DNA of 64,000 nucleotides from Candidatus Puniceispirillaceae bacterium (lineage in GTDB: Bacteria; Pseudomonadota; Alphaproteobacteria; Puniceispirillales; Puniceispirillaceae): NCBI GenBank assembly GCA_965660165.1, contig CBFHYU010000004.1, positions 16,931 to 80,930 on the forward strand, in the 5' to 3' direction. This document shows positions 51,500-61,217 of this stretch, one piece after another. The stretch's first letter is position 1. Each line of letters starts with the position of its first letter. The translations under genes were made by a program, and so were the position numbers. Below the pieces are notes generated by a model that saw nothing but the letters and a program-made list of their open reading frames with translations, was not told where the DNA came from and did not search any database.

Positions 51500-52321
51500 C
51501 TAGATGCTTGATTTTCGTATCTTCGCTTCATTCCATAGCGCATCCATTTCGCCAAGAGAGCTATCTTCAATCTTTTTTCCTGCCTGTCTTAACCTGTTCT
51601 CAATATATCGAAATCGCGTATCAAATTTGTGATTACATCCCATTAACGCAGTTTCAGGATCAACCCCTGCTTTTCGCGCAAGATTGGCTATGACAAATAA
51701 TAAGTCACCAATTTCTTCTTTCAGCGCAGGCTTTGACATTGTTGGTAATTCAGCTTCAAGCTCTGCTGTTTCTTCTTTCAATTTATCTAATACGTCTGAA
51801 ATATCTGGCCAGTCAAACCCTACGGATGCAGCGCGTTTTTGCATTTTCACAGCGACTTTTGATGCAGGCATATTTTTAGGAATATCATCCATCAAAGAGG
51901 GGGGTATCTGGCTATCTGAAGCGCTAGATGCTCGTTCTTCAGCCTTAATCTGTTCCCAATTTTTTCTGACATCTTCAGCAGTATCAGCCGTTACATTTGA
52001 AAAAATATGGGGGTGACGCCGTATCATTTTGTCTGATACGGCTTTGGCTACATCATCAAATCCAAATAGCTGTTGATCTGTTGCAATTTGCGCATGAAAA
52101 ACAACTTGAAGCAATAAATCACCTAGCTCATCACATAATTTTTCGGGATTTTGTTGCTGGATAGCATCTGCAACTTCATAGGCTTCTTCTATGGTATAGG
52201 GTGCGATTGTTTCAAAATTCTGCTTAATATCCCAAGGGCATCCTGTCTCTGGGTCTCTCAGGCGTTTCATAATATTACATAGCCTATCAATCTGAGGTTC
52301 GGTATCTGACATAAACAGCAC
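51500..52321 (-). CDS. mazG: Nucleoside triphosphate pyrophosphohydrolase MazG
   Basis: 273 aa, tandem MazG domains. CPWDIKQNFETIAPYTIEEAYEVADAI and EEIGDLLFVIANLARK. Confidence 0.9.
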   Translation of the reverse strand: MLFMSDTEPQIDRLCNIMKRLRDPETGCPWDIKQNFETIAPYTIEEAYEVADAIQQQNPEKLCDELGDLLLQVVFHAQIATDQQLFGFDDVAKAVSDKMIRRHPHIFSNVTADTAEDVRKNWEQIKAEERASSASDSQIPPSLMDDIPKNMPASKVAVKMQKRAASVGFDWPDISDVLDKLKEETAELEAELPTMSKPALKEEIGDLLFVIANLARKAGVDPETALMGCNHKFDTRFRYIENRLRQAGKKIEDSSLGEMDALWNEAKIRKSSI

Positions 52322-52510
52322 TCTTGGCTAGTTGAAAATGGTTGTTGGAACAATAAATAATGATAGCATAGCCATTTTATTGCCACAATAAATGGTAAGA
52401 AGTAGTATTCGAAAAAATATAATGTTTTTATAACAATATTTACAGTAGATTAGCGTGTAATGTGTGGTAGTAACATTGTTCTGGCAAACCCCTAATCATA
52501 AGAGAAACAC

Positions 52511-53200
52511 ATGGTAGATATAGATGGAACACACAATGCAGAGGTAAAAAAGAAAGGGATGGTTGCACGCTTGCGTAGCTGGTTTCTAACAGGTCTTTTG
52601 GTTACCGCCCCTGTGATGCTGACCATCTATATTACATTTCTGTTTGTGAATATCATTGATAGCAATGTAAATGCGCTTATCCCTGCTAGCGTGCGTGAGA
52701 TGATTGAGATCAAGGCACCACAAATAGGCGCTCTGCCTGGCTTGGGGCTTCTGCTTGGTCTCATTGTGATAACGCTAATTGGTGCGCTGGCTGCAGGTTT
52801 TTTTGGCAGATGGATTATCCGCGTAGGTGAAGGCATCTTGAACAGAATGCCAGTAGTGCGCACTATCTATGGCGCATCAAAGCAAATTCTTGAAACAGTG
52901 ATGACAACTCAATCAAACGCGTTCAGAGAAGTTGTATTGGTTGAATATCCTAGATCAGGGCTGTGGGTAGTTGGGTTTGTGACCAGCACAACACAAGGCG
53001 AGGTAGCCAAAAAAATACCAGATGATACAGTCAATGTATTTGTGCCTACTACCCCAAATCCAACCTCTGGCTTTTTGCTATTTTGCCCTGTCAAAGACCT
53101 TGTCTATCTTGATATGGGTGTTGAAGATGCGGTCAAGCTGGTTGTATCAGGCGGGATCGTTACGCCAGACACAGCAAAGCTTGCGCAGTCAAAATCCTAA
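52511..53200 (+). CDS. DUF502-family membrane protein
   Basis: Two N-terminal TM helices, then NRMPVVRTIYGASKQILETV and VPTTPNPTSGFLLF, the DUF502 signature. Confidence 0.7.
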   Translation: MVDIDGTHNAEVKKKGMVARLRSWFLTGLLVTAPVMLTIYITFLFVNIIDSNVNALIPASVREMIEIKAPQIGALPGLGLLLGLIVITLIGALAAGFFGRWIIRVGEGILNRMPVVRTIYGASKQILETVMTTQSNAFREVVLVEYPRSGLWVVGFVTSTTQGEVAKKIPDDTVNVFVPTTPNPTSGFLLFCPVKDLVYLDMGVEDAVKLVVSGGIVTPDTAKLAQSKS

Positions 53201-55296
53201 CCAGAAGCAAGAAACTGGACAGCCACATCTTTTTCAAACAGGGCTAGCAACTGCTGATATTTATCAGAATCTTCAGATGATAGGGTAGTATCGTGAGAAA
53301 CGATTTGTTCTGCTAATGCGCGTGCTAGCGGAATTAGCTCAGCATGTTCTGCTAGATCGGCAAGGCTAAATTCGGGCAAGCCAGATTGTCTTTGACCCAA
53401 AATTTCACCTGGCCCTCTAAGCCGCAAATCTTCTTCAGCTATCAAGAACCCATCATTAGTCTGGCGCATAATATTCAGCCGTGACTGTGCTGTCCCGCTA
53501 AGCGGGCCTTTATATAGCAACAAACAGGATGATGCTTTCGTGCCTCTGCCAACACGTCCACGAAGCTGATGAAGCTGGGCAAGCCCAAAACGTTCAGCAT
53601 GTTCGATAATAATGATACTTGCGTCTGGCACATCCACTCCTACTTCGATAACAGTAGTTGCTACTAACAGCTTGCTTCTGCCGTCAGCAAATTCTGCCAT
53701 TGCCATTTCACGTTCAGCTGGTTTCATCTTGCCATGTGCCAATACAGGCGCTGCGTCTGGAATAAGCTTTGATAATAATTTGTGCCTGCTTTCTGCTGCT
53801 TCATAGTCAGATAGCTCTGAATCCTCAACCAAAGGGCATATCCAATAGGCGCGGTCACCCGATAAAAACGCCTGTTTCAATCGTGATATGACATCATCTA
53901 TCCTATCTTGATTAACCAGCGCTGTTTTAATGTCTTGCCTGCCTGCTGGTTTTTCATCCAGATATGAGGTTGTCAGGTCGCCATAGGCGGTCATAGATAG
54001 GGTGCGCGGAATAGGGGTGGCGGTCATTACCAGAACATCTGTTGCTGTGCCTTTTTGACCTAAAATAAGGCGTTGTCTTACCCCAAACCTGTGCTGTTCA
54101 TCAACCACTGCCAGCCCTAAATCAGCAAACCCAACATCATCTGATAATAAGGCATGCGTGCCAATCACAATTTGAATCTCGCCTGCGGCTAGCCTGTTCA
54201 TGGTGGCTGTTTTCTCTGAGCCTTTCATTGCGCCAATCAGCAAACCACATTTAAGCGGGGTATCTGCCAGAATGTTGGAGATTGTTTCAAAATGCTGTTT
54301 CGCTAGAATTTCTGTAGGGGCAAGCAGGGCAGCTTGTGTGCCTGCTTCTGCGGCTTCAACCATCGCCAACAAAGCGATCAGCGTTTTGCCTGATCCAACA
54401 TCCCCCTGCAATAGCCGTAACATCCTATGGGGCGATTGCATATCTGCTAGAATTTCAGCCATTACACGGCTTTGTGCGCCTGTCATTTGATAGGGAAGTG
54501 CGTTGATTATCTGCTGTCTTAGCGTGCCTGCACTATGTAGACTTCGCCCTGCCGCATCTGAACCTGTTGTTTGCCGAATGAGATGCAGGGCAATCTGATT
54601 TGCCAGAAGCTCGTCAAACGCAAGTCTGGCACGGGCAGGGGCATGGGCCATCAAATCAGCCTCAGTTTTGGGATGATGCGCATCATACATGGCAGAGGCA
54701 AAATCTGGCCAGCCTTTGCGTGCAATTAAGTCAGCAGCTATCCATTCATCCAGAACAGGTACTCGCTTTAAGCCTGCGGCAATCGCATTTCTAAGAATTT
54801 TTGGCTTTAGGCCTGCTGATAACGGATAGACAGGCTCAATTTTTGGCATGGTATCAAACTGATCTGGCGGCAACATATAATCAGGATGGCTGATCTGGAT
54901 TTTGCCATCATATCGTTCTAGACGCCCACTAATCAGCCTACGCTCGCCCAAAGGCAACATTTTTTTAAGATAATCTGCTCTGGCATGGAAAAAAATCAAT
55001 TCGATAGTATTTTGATCTGTTTTTGCCAATATCTTGGCAGGTCTAGAGGTATTTGGGGGCGGAATATCTGCTGACATAATTTCAGCTTCAACAGTTACAA
55101 TACGGCCAGTTTCGCATAGGCTCAGATCAGTGATAAGATTTCTGTCAATAATAGCTACAGGCAAATGACGCAAAATATCAATTACCGTTGTGCCAATGCG
55201 TTTTTTCAAAATGTCTGCTAGACGCGCGCCAATGCCAGGAAGATCGGTTGTTGAGGCAAATAGCCCAAACAGCTTAGGAGGACGGCTTATACGCAT
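53197..55296 (-). CDS. recG: ATP-dependent DNA helicase RecG
   Basis: 699 aa. Wedge domain followed by helicase motifs (GDVGSGKT, DEQHRFG, TATPIPRT, QLHQLRGRVGRG). Confidence 0.93.
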   Translation of the reverse strand: MRISRPPKLFGLFASTTDLPGIGARLADILKKRIGTTVIDILRHLPVAIIDRNLITDLSLCETGRIVTVEAEIMSADIPPPNTSRPAKILAKTDQNTIELIFFHARADYLKKMLPLGERRLISGRLERYDGKIQISHPDYMLPPDQFDTMPKIEPVYPLSAGLKPKILRNAIAAGLKRVPVLDEWIAADLIARKGWPDFASAMYDAHHPKTEADLMAHAPARARLAFDELLANQIALHLIRQTTGSDAAGRSLHSAGTLRQQIINALPYQMTGAQSRVMAEILADMQSPHRMLRLLQGDVGSGKTLIALLAMVEAAEAGTQAALLAPTEILAKQHFETISNILADTPLKCGLLIGAMKGSEKTATMNRLAAGEIQIVIGTHALLSDDVGFADLGLAVVDEQHRFGVRQRLILGQKGTATDVLVMTATPIPRTLSMTAYGDLTTSYLDEKPAGRQDIKTALVNQDRIDDVISRLKQAFLSGDRAYWICPLVEDSELSDYEAAESRHKLLSKLIPDAAPVLAHGKMKPAEREMAMAEFADGRSKLLVATTVIEVGVDVPDASIIIIEHAERFGLAQLHQLRGRVGRGTKASSCLLLYKGPLSGTAQSRLNIMRQTNDGFLIAEEDLRLRGPGEILGQRQSGLPEFSLADLAEHAELIPLARALAEQIVSHDTTLSSEDSDKYQQLLALFEKDVAVQFLASG

Positions 55297-55532
55297 AATC
55301 TCTTATCGTGTTTTGAAAAATTCAAACCCTTCGCAGTGTGCCATATCTTAACAGAATTGACCATAGTAGCGATTGGCAAGTTCGCCTCAAATCCTGCCTG
55401 TTTGATGAAATGGTGAATATTGCTGGACAGCTAGCTAGACCCATTGCATAAAGGCAGATTTTAATCCTACTATGCCGAAACCTGTCACTGGCAAGGTGCG
55501 TATATAGTGTAACCAATATTGCTGGAATAGAT

Positions 55533-55814
55533 ATGTCACAAATACTAGATATACAAAATAGTGAACGCCAGAGCCGTATAAAGCGACTTATCTATCGTGC
55601 TAGCTATACCGGCATGAAAGAAACAGATTTGCTATTGGGGCAATTCGCAGAAAATTTCCTGCCTTCGCTGGATGATGAGCATCTATCACAATTTGAAGCT
55701 TTGCTTGAGGCGGGTGATCCCGCATTGCTTGCTTGGGTGAAGGGTGATGAGGCTGTGCCAGAAGAATTTGATACCTATGTATTTACCTTAATCAAAAATT
55801 TCAAAATTAGCTAA
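55533..55814 (+). CDS. sdhE: Succinate dehydrogenase flavinylation factor SdhE (DUF339/SDHAF2)
   Basis: 93 aa. RLIYRASYTGMKETDLLLGQF...FEALLEAGDPALLAW matches the RGxxE-type SdhE motif. It lies in the canonical recG / sdhE-mfd arrangement. Confidence 0.8.
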   Translation: MSQILDIQNSERQSRIKRLIYRASYTGMKETDLLLGQFAENFLPSLDDEHLSQFEALLEAGDPALLAWVKGDEAVPEEFDTYVFTLIKNFKIS

Positions 55815-55821
55815 TATTGTT

Positions 55822-58800
55822 ATGAAATTATTAGAAAAAATACATCCTAATAAAGATATTTTTGGATGTATGGATGGAATGATCCCGATGGTTGCTGCCC
55901 AGCTTGCTAGTGAAGCAGGCCGCGCTGTGTTGATTGCGCGTGATGATTCCAGAATGGCATCTATCATTCAGTCCCTTAGCATTATTGCGCCAGAAATAGA
56001 GGTGCTTGCACTGCCTGCATGGGATTGTTTGCCATATGACAGGGTGTCACCGCATCCTGATATTACCTCACGCAGGATAGCGTGTCTGTCCAGACTGGTA
56101 ACAATCACTAACCAGTCAGCCGCCCAGCAAGCTAACAAGCCAGCTATTTTGCTGGTAACCACAATCAATAGCTGGCTTCAAAAAATTCCTGAAACAGCGT
56201 TTTTTGATGGCGCTTCTCTTCGGGTGTCTGAGCAGATGCAAATTTCGCAGAAACAGGTAATTGAGTTTCTAACGGCAAATGGCTTTTTTCGAACCCAGAC
56301 TGTTCGGGAATTTGGTGAATTTTCAGTAAGAGGCGGAATTATTGATATTTATTGTTCTACAGAACATGACCCTATCAGACTTGATTTCTTTGGAGATGAA
56401 ATTGATAGCTTGAAATTTTTTGATAGCCTGTCCCAGAAAAGCACTGTTGCTACATCTGAGGTGCAGATTTTGCCTGCGCAAGAATATATTCTTGATGAAC
56501 ATACCATCAGCAGATTTAGACAAGGCTATTTGACAAATTTTGGTGGTCGGGCATCCAAAGACCCTATTTATGAAGCTGTTTCGGCTGGTCAATCGGTGGC
56601 AGGTATTGAGCATTGGCTTGGGCTGTTGCATTCTGAGCTGATAGCGCTGGATCAGCTGGTTGAAGGGTGGCCGACACTTGGTGATAGCGATATTATGGGC
56701 GCGAATAATGCGCGGTGTGAGCAGATTCAGGATTTTTACCGCGCCAGATATGAAGCGCAAGAACAAGGTCAGCCTTACCGCCCACTTGCCCCTGAAATAC
56801 TCTATAAATCAGAAACAGATTTTGCAGAATTTACTGCTACAGATAGCTATATCCAGATTTCTAGCTTTGCCTCGCCAACGTCAGATGCGATTGATCTGCA
56901 TGGAAAATTACCCCCACAATTTAGCGTGGCACGCACAGAAATATCGGCTGGTATGCTATCACCCTCTGAAGCAGTGGCAGCGCATATTAAAGGGCTTAAA
57001 AAGACAGTCATACTGACGGCATCAGCTTCAGGCGCACTTAGCCGAATGATTGAGCTTATATCGGCGCATTTGCCAGCAAAAATAACACAGATAGATAGGC
57101 TGGATACTATTACCGAAACAGGTTGTTTTGGGGCTGTTTGGCCACTAGAGCAAGGATTTGAGCGTGACGATCTGCTGGTGTTGAGCGAGCAGGATATTTT
57201 TGGTACTCGCATGATGCGCCCATCTGGACGCAAGCGCCGCGCAGATGATTTTCTGAAAGAAGTTTCCTCACTGGAAATTGGCGATCTGGTGGTTCATATA
57301 GAACATGGTATTGGCCGCTATGATGGGCTGGAAACCATCCATCATAATGGCACAGATCATGATTGTTTGCTGTTAATTTATGCAGGTGGAGACAGGCTGT
57401 ATCTACCTGTTGAAAATATTGATGTCTTATCCAGATATGGGCAAGATGGCACAGATGCCATGCTTGACAAGCTTGGCGGAGTTGCGTGGCAGTCCCGCAA
57501 AGCCCGTATTAAGGGCAAAATCAAGGAAATGGCTGATCAGCTTATCAAGATAGCGGCTCAAAGACAAATTGCCAAAGCAGAGCCGCTAACACCGCCAGAA
57601 GGGTTGTATGCAGAATTTTGCGCCCGTTTTGGCTATCCAGAAACCGATGACCAGCTTGATGCGATAGAAGATGTAATATCTGATCTTGCCTCTGGACTAG
57701 CCACAGACAGGCTAATTTGCGGAGATGTTGGCTTTGGTAAGACAGAAGTAGCAATGCGGGCAGCATTTGTTGCGGCTATGTGCGGCTATCAGGTAGCATT
57801 GGTCACGCCAACAACTTTGCTTGCCAGACAGCATGGTAAATTATGTGAAGACAGATTTGCTGGCTTTCCTGTTAAGCTAGCGACACTTTCACGGCTTACC
57901 ACCCCTGCAGATGCAAAAGCTATTAAAGAAGGGCTTAAGACAGGCGATATTCAGATTGTAGTTGGCACTCATGCGCTTCTCGCTAAAACCATCAGCTTTA
58001 ATCATTTGGGATTGCTTATCATTGATGAAGAGCAAAGATTTGGGGTTGCTCAGAAGGAACGGCTGAAAGAAATGAGGGGGGATGTGCATGTTCTTACTTT
58101 GTCAGCTACGCCTATCCCCCGCACATTGCAGCTTGCGTTATCAGGGGTGCGGCAAATGTCGCTTATCTCTACGCCACCTGTTGACAGGCTGGCTGTTAGA
58201 ACCTTTGTTGGTGGCTGGGATAATGTGGTGCTGAAAGAGGCCATGAATCGCGAGATTTTCAGAGGTGGGCAGATTTTTGTGGTAAGCCCAAGAATCTCTG
58301 ATTTGCCAAGACTGTATGACAGGCTGGTAAAGATGTTACCAGAAGCACGGATTTTGACTGCGCATGGCCAGATGAATGGTACTGAACTAGATAGTGTTAT
58401 GACACGCTTTGGCAATGGTGAGGCTCATATTTTGCTGGCAACAAATATCATTGAATCAGGCATAGATATTCCTACTGCCAATACCATGATTATTCATCGT
58501 GCGGATATGTTTGGCCTGTCACAGCTTTACCAGCTGCGGGGCAGAGTAGGGCGGGGTAAGCTTCGCGCCTATGCGTATCTTACGACTGATCCGAATATGG
58601 TGCTAACACCGCAAGCTCGCAGGCGGCTTGATGTGATGCAGACCCTTGATACGCTTGGGGCAGGTTTTTCTCTTGCGTCATATGATATGGATATTCGCGG
58701 GGCAGGTAATTTGCTGGGAGATGAGCAGTCTGGCCATGTCAAAGAGGTTGGTATTGAGCTATATCAGGAATTACTTCGTCAAGCAGTAGAGCTGGCAAGT

Positions 58801-59301
58801 AATAAGGCTGAGGATATAGCAGAAGAGACAGCTGACTTTACCCCGCAAATCAATTTAGGCACAAATGTGCTTATCCCTGAAAGCTATGTATCTGATTTAT
58901 CTGTTAGACTATCTTTATATCGGCGCATTAGTAGCTTGCAGAATGAAGATGATATCAATGCAATAATGGCAGAGCTGGTTGACCGATTTGGCGCTATTCC
59001 AGATAGTGTGCGCAATTTGTTGGAAATTGTCGTGCTTAAACGTGGCTGTATCCGCGCCAATATTGCCAAGTTAGATGCTGGTGCTAAAGGCATCTCAATC
59101 AATTTCAAAGATAATTATTTTGCTCATCCAGATAAGCTTATCGGCTGGATCGCAAGTAAAAAAGGCAAAGTGCTTCTTAAGGCTGATCACAAATTGGTCA
59201 TTAAAGAGGAGGTAGCAAAGCCTGAGATGAGAGGCCAGATAGCCAAGAAATATCTTGCTGAAATCAATCAGCTAGCCCTGTCAGATGTATCACCATCATA
59301 A
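55822..59301 (+). CDS. mfd: Transcription-repair coupling factor Mfd
   Basis: 1159 aa. UvrB-homology N-terminus, RNAP-interaction domain (GDLVVHIEHGIGRY), helicase motifs (GDVGFGKTE, DEEQRFG, SATPIPRT, QLRGRVGRG) and a TRG motif region. Confidence 0.95.
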   Translation: MKLLEKIHPNKDIFGCMDGMIPMVAAQLASEAGRAVLIARDDSRMASIIQSLSIIAPEIEVLALPAWDCLPYDRVSPHPDITSRRIACLSRLVTITNQSAAQQANKPAILLVTTINSWLQKIPETAFFDGASLRVSEQMQISQKQVIEFLTANGFFRTQTVREFGEFSVRGGIIDIYCSTEHDPIRLDFFGDEIDSLKFFDSLSQKSTVATSEVQILPAQEYILDEHTISRFRQGYLTNFGGRASKDPIYEAVSAGQSVAGIEHWLGLLHSELIALDQLVEGWPTLGDSDIMGANNARCEQIQDFYRARYEAQEQGQPYRPLAPEILYKSETDFAEFTATDSYIQISSFASPTSDAIDLHGKLPPQFSVARTEISAGMLSPSEAVAAHIKGLKKTVILTASASGALSRMIELISAHLPAKITQIDRLDTITETGCFGAVWPLEQGFERDDLLVLSEQDIFGTRMMRPSGRKRRADDFLKEVSSLEIGDLVVHIEHGIGRYDGLETIHHNGTDHDCLLLIYAGGDRLYLPVENIDVLSRYGQDGTDAMLDKLGGVAWQSRKARIKGKIKEMADQLIKIAAQRQIAKAEPLTPPEGLYAEFCARFGYPETDDQLDAIEDVISDLASGLATDRLICGDVGFGKTEVAMRAAFVAAMCGYQVALVTPTTLLARQHGKLCEDRFAGFPVKLATLSRLTTPADAKAIKEGLKTGDIQIVVGTHALLAKTISFNHLGLLIIDEEQRFGVAQKERLKEMRGDVHVLTLSATPIPRTLQLALSGVRQMSLISTPPVDRLAVRTFVGGWDNVVLKEAMNREIFRGGQIFVVSPRISDLPRLYDRLVKMLPEARILTAHGQMNGTELDSVMTRFGNGEAHILLATNIIESGIDIPTANTMIIHRADMFGLSQLYQLRGRVGRGKLRAYAYLTTDPNMVLTPQARRRLDVMQTLDTLGAGFSLASYDMDIRGAGNLLGDEQSGHVKEVGIELYQELLRQAVELASNKAEDIAEETADFTPQINLGTNVLIPESYVSDLSVRLSLYRRISSLQNEDDINAIMAELVDRFGAIPDSVRNLLEIVVLKRGCIRANIAKLDAGAKGISINFKDNYFAHPDKLIGWIASKKGKVLLKADHKLVIKEEVAKPEMRGQIAKKYLAEINQLALSDVSPS

Positions 59302-59304
59302 ATC

Positions 59305-59955
59305 TTATTCTGGTCTGGCAGATGCATCAATGACTTTTAACAGAATGTCTGATGGATGCGCACCTGCGATTGAAAAGGCATTATTAAATACCATGAAGGG
59401 CACCCCATCTATGCTAAGTGCATGGCTATCTGCCAAATCCTGCTCAAGCCTGCTGTGAGTATTATTGCTGTTCACGATGCTATCATATAATGAGGTTTTC
59501 CCCATTTTTGCAAAAATGTCAGCCTGCACATCTTGATCAGATACATCACGCCCATCCAGAAAATAGGCTTGGTAAAAGGCTTCAGATAATGCCCAGCTAT
59601 CTTTGCCAGCACCGATAAGAAGCTTATGAAGCGGTCTGGTATCTGGCGTGCGATCAATTCTAGAAAAAGCAAAGGAAATACCCGCATCAAGGCCTGCCAT
59701 AGCAATTCGGCCATAAACAGCTGAGGCTGCATGACCAAATTTTGCCGTGAGATAGGCTTGCCTGTCCATTCCAGATTCTGGCATTGACGGATTTAACAAA
59801 AAGGCACGCCAATTGATCGTAAATTCAATCTCAGGGCGTTCAGCTAAGGCTGTTTCAAGCCGTTTCTTGCCGATATAACACCACGGGCAGATAATATCTG
59901 CATAAAGGTCAATTGTGACTTGCTGTGAGGCAGGAGAGGATGAATTTTGTTCCAT
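59305..59955 (-). CDS. DsbA-family (FrnE-like) thiol:disulfide oxidoreductase
   Basis: ADIICPWCYIGKKRLE, a CPxC active site in a DsbA_FrnE-like context. 216 aa with no signal peptide. Confidence 0.8.
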   Translation of the reverse strand: MEQNSSSPASQQVTIDLYADIICPWCYIGKKRLETALAERPEIEFTINWRAFLLNPSMPESGMDRQAYLTAKFGHAASAVYGRIAMAGLDAGISFAFSRIDRTPDTRPLHKLLIGAGKDSWALSEAFYQAYFLDGRDVSDQDVQADIFAKMGKTSLYDSIVNSNNTHSRLEQDLADSHALSIDGVPFMVFNNAFSIAGAHPSDILLKVIDASARPE

Positions 59956-60038
59956 AGCGGTTTTACCAATACCTTTCTAACTCACAATGGCATATAATGG
60001 CTAGGCTGTAAAAGCCTTCTAAGCTGAGGAGTAAGGGC

Positions 60039-60542
60039 ATGAGTGACAAGGCGCTTGATACTGTCAAACAGTCACGAGATAGATTACTAAGAACAGCCAG
60101 AACACTGCATATGGCTGTTTGGTATGAAGATGATAACGGCACGCATCTTGAGCAAGGGCAAGCCCCCTTTATTCGCGATGGCAAACATATCTATATCTAT
60201 GCCTCTGAGCTTTCAGCCCATATTAGAGGTATTCTAGCAGGCGGGACGGCTAGCTTTTTGCTGATTGAAGATGAAGCAAGCGCGCAGAATATCTGGGCGC
60301 GGAAACGGATTAAATTTTCGGCAAATATCATAGAAATATCCCGAAAGGACGCTGATTTTAGCATAATTTGTGATAATATTGCAGATGCACACGGCAATGT
60401 GATGAGCTTGATTAGAGAATTTTCTGATTTTCACCTGTTTCAAATTACCCCAAAACAGGGGGTGTTGGTCACAGGGTTTGCAGCCGCTTATCAGCTAGAA
60501 GGAGAGAATTTTGAAATTAAGGCGCAATTGCGGTCAACATAA
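60039..60542 (+). CDS. Pyridoxamine-5'-phosphate-oxidase-like (split-barrel, HugZ/HutZ-like) protein
   Basis: 167 aa. The pattern (ARTLHMAVW...PFIRDGKHIYIYASELSAH...FLLIEDE...RKRI) resembles PNPOx_2/HugZ N-domain proteins. The family call is tentative. Confidence 0.55.
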   Translation: MSDKALDTVKQSRDRLLRTARTLHMAVWYEDDNGTHLEQGQAPFIRDGKHIYIYASELSAHIRGILAGGTASFLLIEDEASAQNIWARKRIKFSANIIEISRKDADFSIICDNIADAHGNVMSLIREFSDFHLFQITPKQGVLVTGFAAAYQLEGENFEIKAQLRST

Positions 60543-60551
60543 GAGGTTGGT

Positions 60552-61208
60552 GTGACATATCCTGTGTTTTGGAGCTTTAGGCGCTGCCCATATGCCATGC
60601 GTGCGCGGCTAGCTTTGAGGCGCGCTAATGTTACTGTAGAGCTTCGTGAAATAGCATTGCGTGATAAGCCAGATGCATTTTTGCAGGCATCTAAGTCAGG
60701 TACAGTGCCTGTGCTGGTTACCAAAGATAGCATTATTGATGAAAGTCTGGATATTATGCTGTGGGCATGCAATGTTTCAGGCGACCGTGATGGCTGGTAT
60801 CATGACTATTATCATTCCGATAGGATAAGGGGCTTTATTAACACGCTTGATACTGAGTTCAAAACCAATCTGGATAGATATAAATATGCCACCAGATATC
60901 ATCAGGATAAAGCGGCAGCAACTGAATTAGCCATAACATCTCGGCAAAAGGGCGCCGATTTTATCTGGCAGTTAAATGACATGCTTGGCCAGAATGATTG
61001 GCTTGCGGGCAACAGGGCAGGGCTAATAGATATGGCTAGTCTTCCGTTTATCCGCCAATTCAGAATAGCAGATCAAAACTGGTTTGATACACAACAATGG
61101 TCAGAGGTATCACGCTGGCTATCTCATTTTCTAGACTCTGATCTTTTTTCCAGCGTAATGAAAAAATATCCTTTATGGAAAGAAGAAAATTCAAAGGAAA
61201 TATTCTAA
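60552..61208 (+). CDS. Glutathione S-transferase family protein
   Basis: GTG start after AAGAGG. Thioredoxin-like N-domain (RRCPYAMRARLAL...GTVPVLV...ESLDIMLW) and a helical C-domain. Confidence 0.75.
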   Translation: MTYPVFWSFRRCPYAMRARLALRRANVTVELREIALRDKPDAFLQASKSGTVPVLVTKDSIIDESLDIMLWACNVSGDRDGWYHDYYHSDRIRGFINTLDTEFKTNLDRYKYATRYHQDKAAATELAITSRQKGADFIWQLNDMLGQNDWLAGNRAGLIDMASLPFIRQFRIADQNWFDTQQWSEVSRWLSHFLDSDLFSSVMKKYPLWKEENSKEIF

Positions 61209-61217
61209 CTCAATATG

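Noticed and set aside
51500-52321. mazG as a hint of a mazEF toxin-antitoxin module.
   Set aside because: No mazE or mazF-like small ORFs are adjacent. This is the stand-alone two-domain housekeeping MazG NTP pyrophosphohydrolase.
52350-52393. 9-nt direct repeat ACAATAAAT (52350-52358 and 52385-52393) and a 7-bp AAAATGG/CCATTTT inverted repeat in the AT-rich mazG / DUF502 intergenic region.
   Set aside because: These are short AT-rich matches in an AT-rich spacer and are expected by chance. There is no associated structure or conserved motif that I recognise.
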